DNA of 64,000 nucleotides from Pavona decussata (Eukaryota): NCBI GenBank assembly GCA_977016875.1, contig CDRNST010000008.1, positions 744,001 to 808,000 of the forward strand, read 5' to 3'. Shown piece by piece: positions 63,396 to 64,000 of this stretch (position 1 is its first letter; each line of letters starts with the position of its first letter). The notes under the pieces were generated by a model. It saw only the letters and a program-made list of their open reading frames with translations, ran no database searches and was not told where the DNA came from. The position numbers and the translations under genes were made by a program.

Positions 63396-64000
63396 AAAAA
63401 CCGCAAAACACGAGCAATGTAGTTTCGCACATAAAGATTGGTTAGGAGAAAATGTGGTAAAGTAGCGATTTTAAGGTTACAACCAAGTTAGCTTCTTGTC
63501 AGAGGAATAATCGATATAAACCTGTCTCTGTAGGTCCGTTTTTGTTCATGGGGCTGATTGTTCAATTGCTGTTTTTTACTGATTAATCGAGTTGGCGAAA
63601 TATGTTTCAATGAAGAAGGAGAATAATTGTGTTTTCTCGTCAGTTCATTAGCTTTTTTGACGCAATATAGTTAAGTAATCGAGTAATTTGAGTAATCATC
63701 ATGATGATTGTAACGTCCAGCATAGATTTTTCTCATTAAAAAACTGTGGAAAGTAATTAGATGGAGCTGAAGCCAAATAAAATCGATTAGATAAATTACA
63801 ACTGTCTCAGTGTTTTAAAACTTCATTCGAGCTAATTAGCAAACCATAACAAAATGTAACTAGGATTACCTGAACGGGACTTTCAGGAAAAAAAATCAGC
63901 CTCAAGTAACGCCCATGCTAGACAGTCGAGCATTTCTCTACGACATTTCAAGTTTCTAGAGCCTTTGACTGACCCACGTTAGACCAACGTTGTTTGTTGC

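Overview
This is eukaryotic, AT-rich, repeat-dense DNA. The repeat families and gene content suggest a cnidarian, probably a scleractinian coral (inference). Main contents: (1) three paralogous + strand genes (27930-28964, 31825-32940, 62373-63395) with uninterrupted ORFs, encoding ~340-370 aa all-helical proteins with no signal peptide and a single central hydrophobic segment, reminiscent of ClyA/Hbl/Nhe/XaxAB-type alpha pore-forming toxins (inference); (2) an orphan terminal exon of an Lhx2/9 (apterous) LIM-homeobox gene on the - strand, with substitutions at conserved homeodomain residues; (3) a ~2.6-3.1 kb unit repeated about six times that reads as a decayed signal-peptide + leucine-rich-repeat gene; (4) a large direct segmental duplication (about 12.5-30.3 kb versus 37.6-64 kb) that co-duplicated the LRR array and a toxin-like gene; (5) many transposons, including an L1/Tx1 LINE with a nested MITE, a Mag-like Gypsy element, a 5'-truncated BEL/Pao element, MITEs and SINEs; (6) three short Penelope-like inverted-repeat insertions with target-site duplications (TSDs) that carry minimal hammerhead ribozyme motifs (one canonical, two U3-A8 variants). 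One assembly gap lies at 13417-13580.
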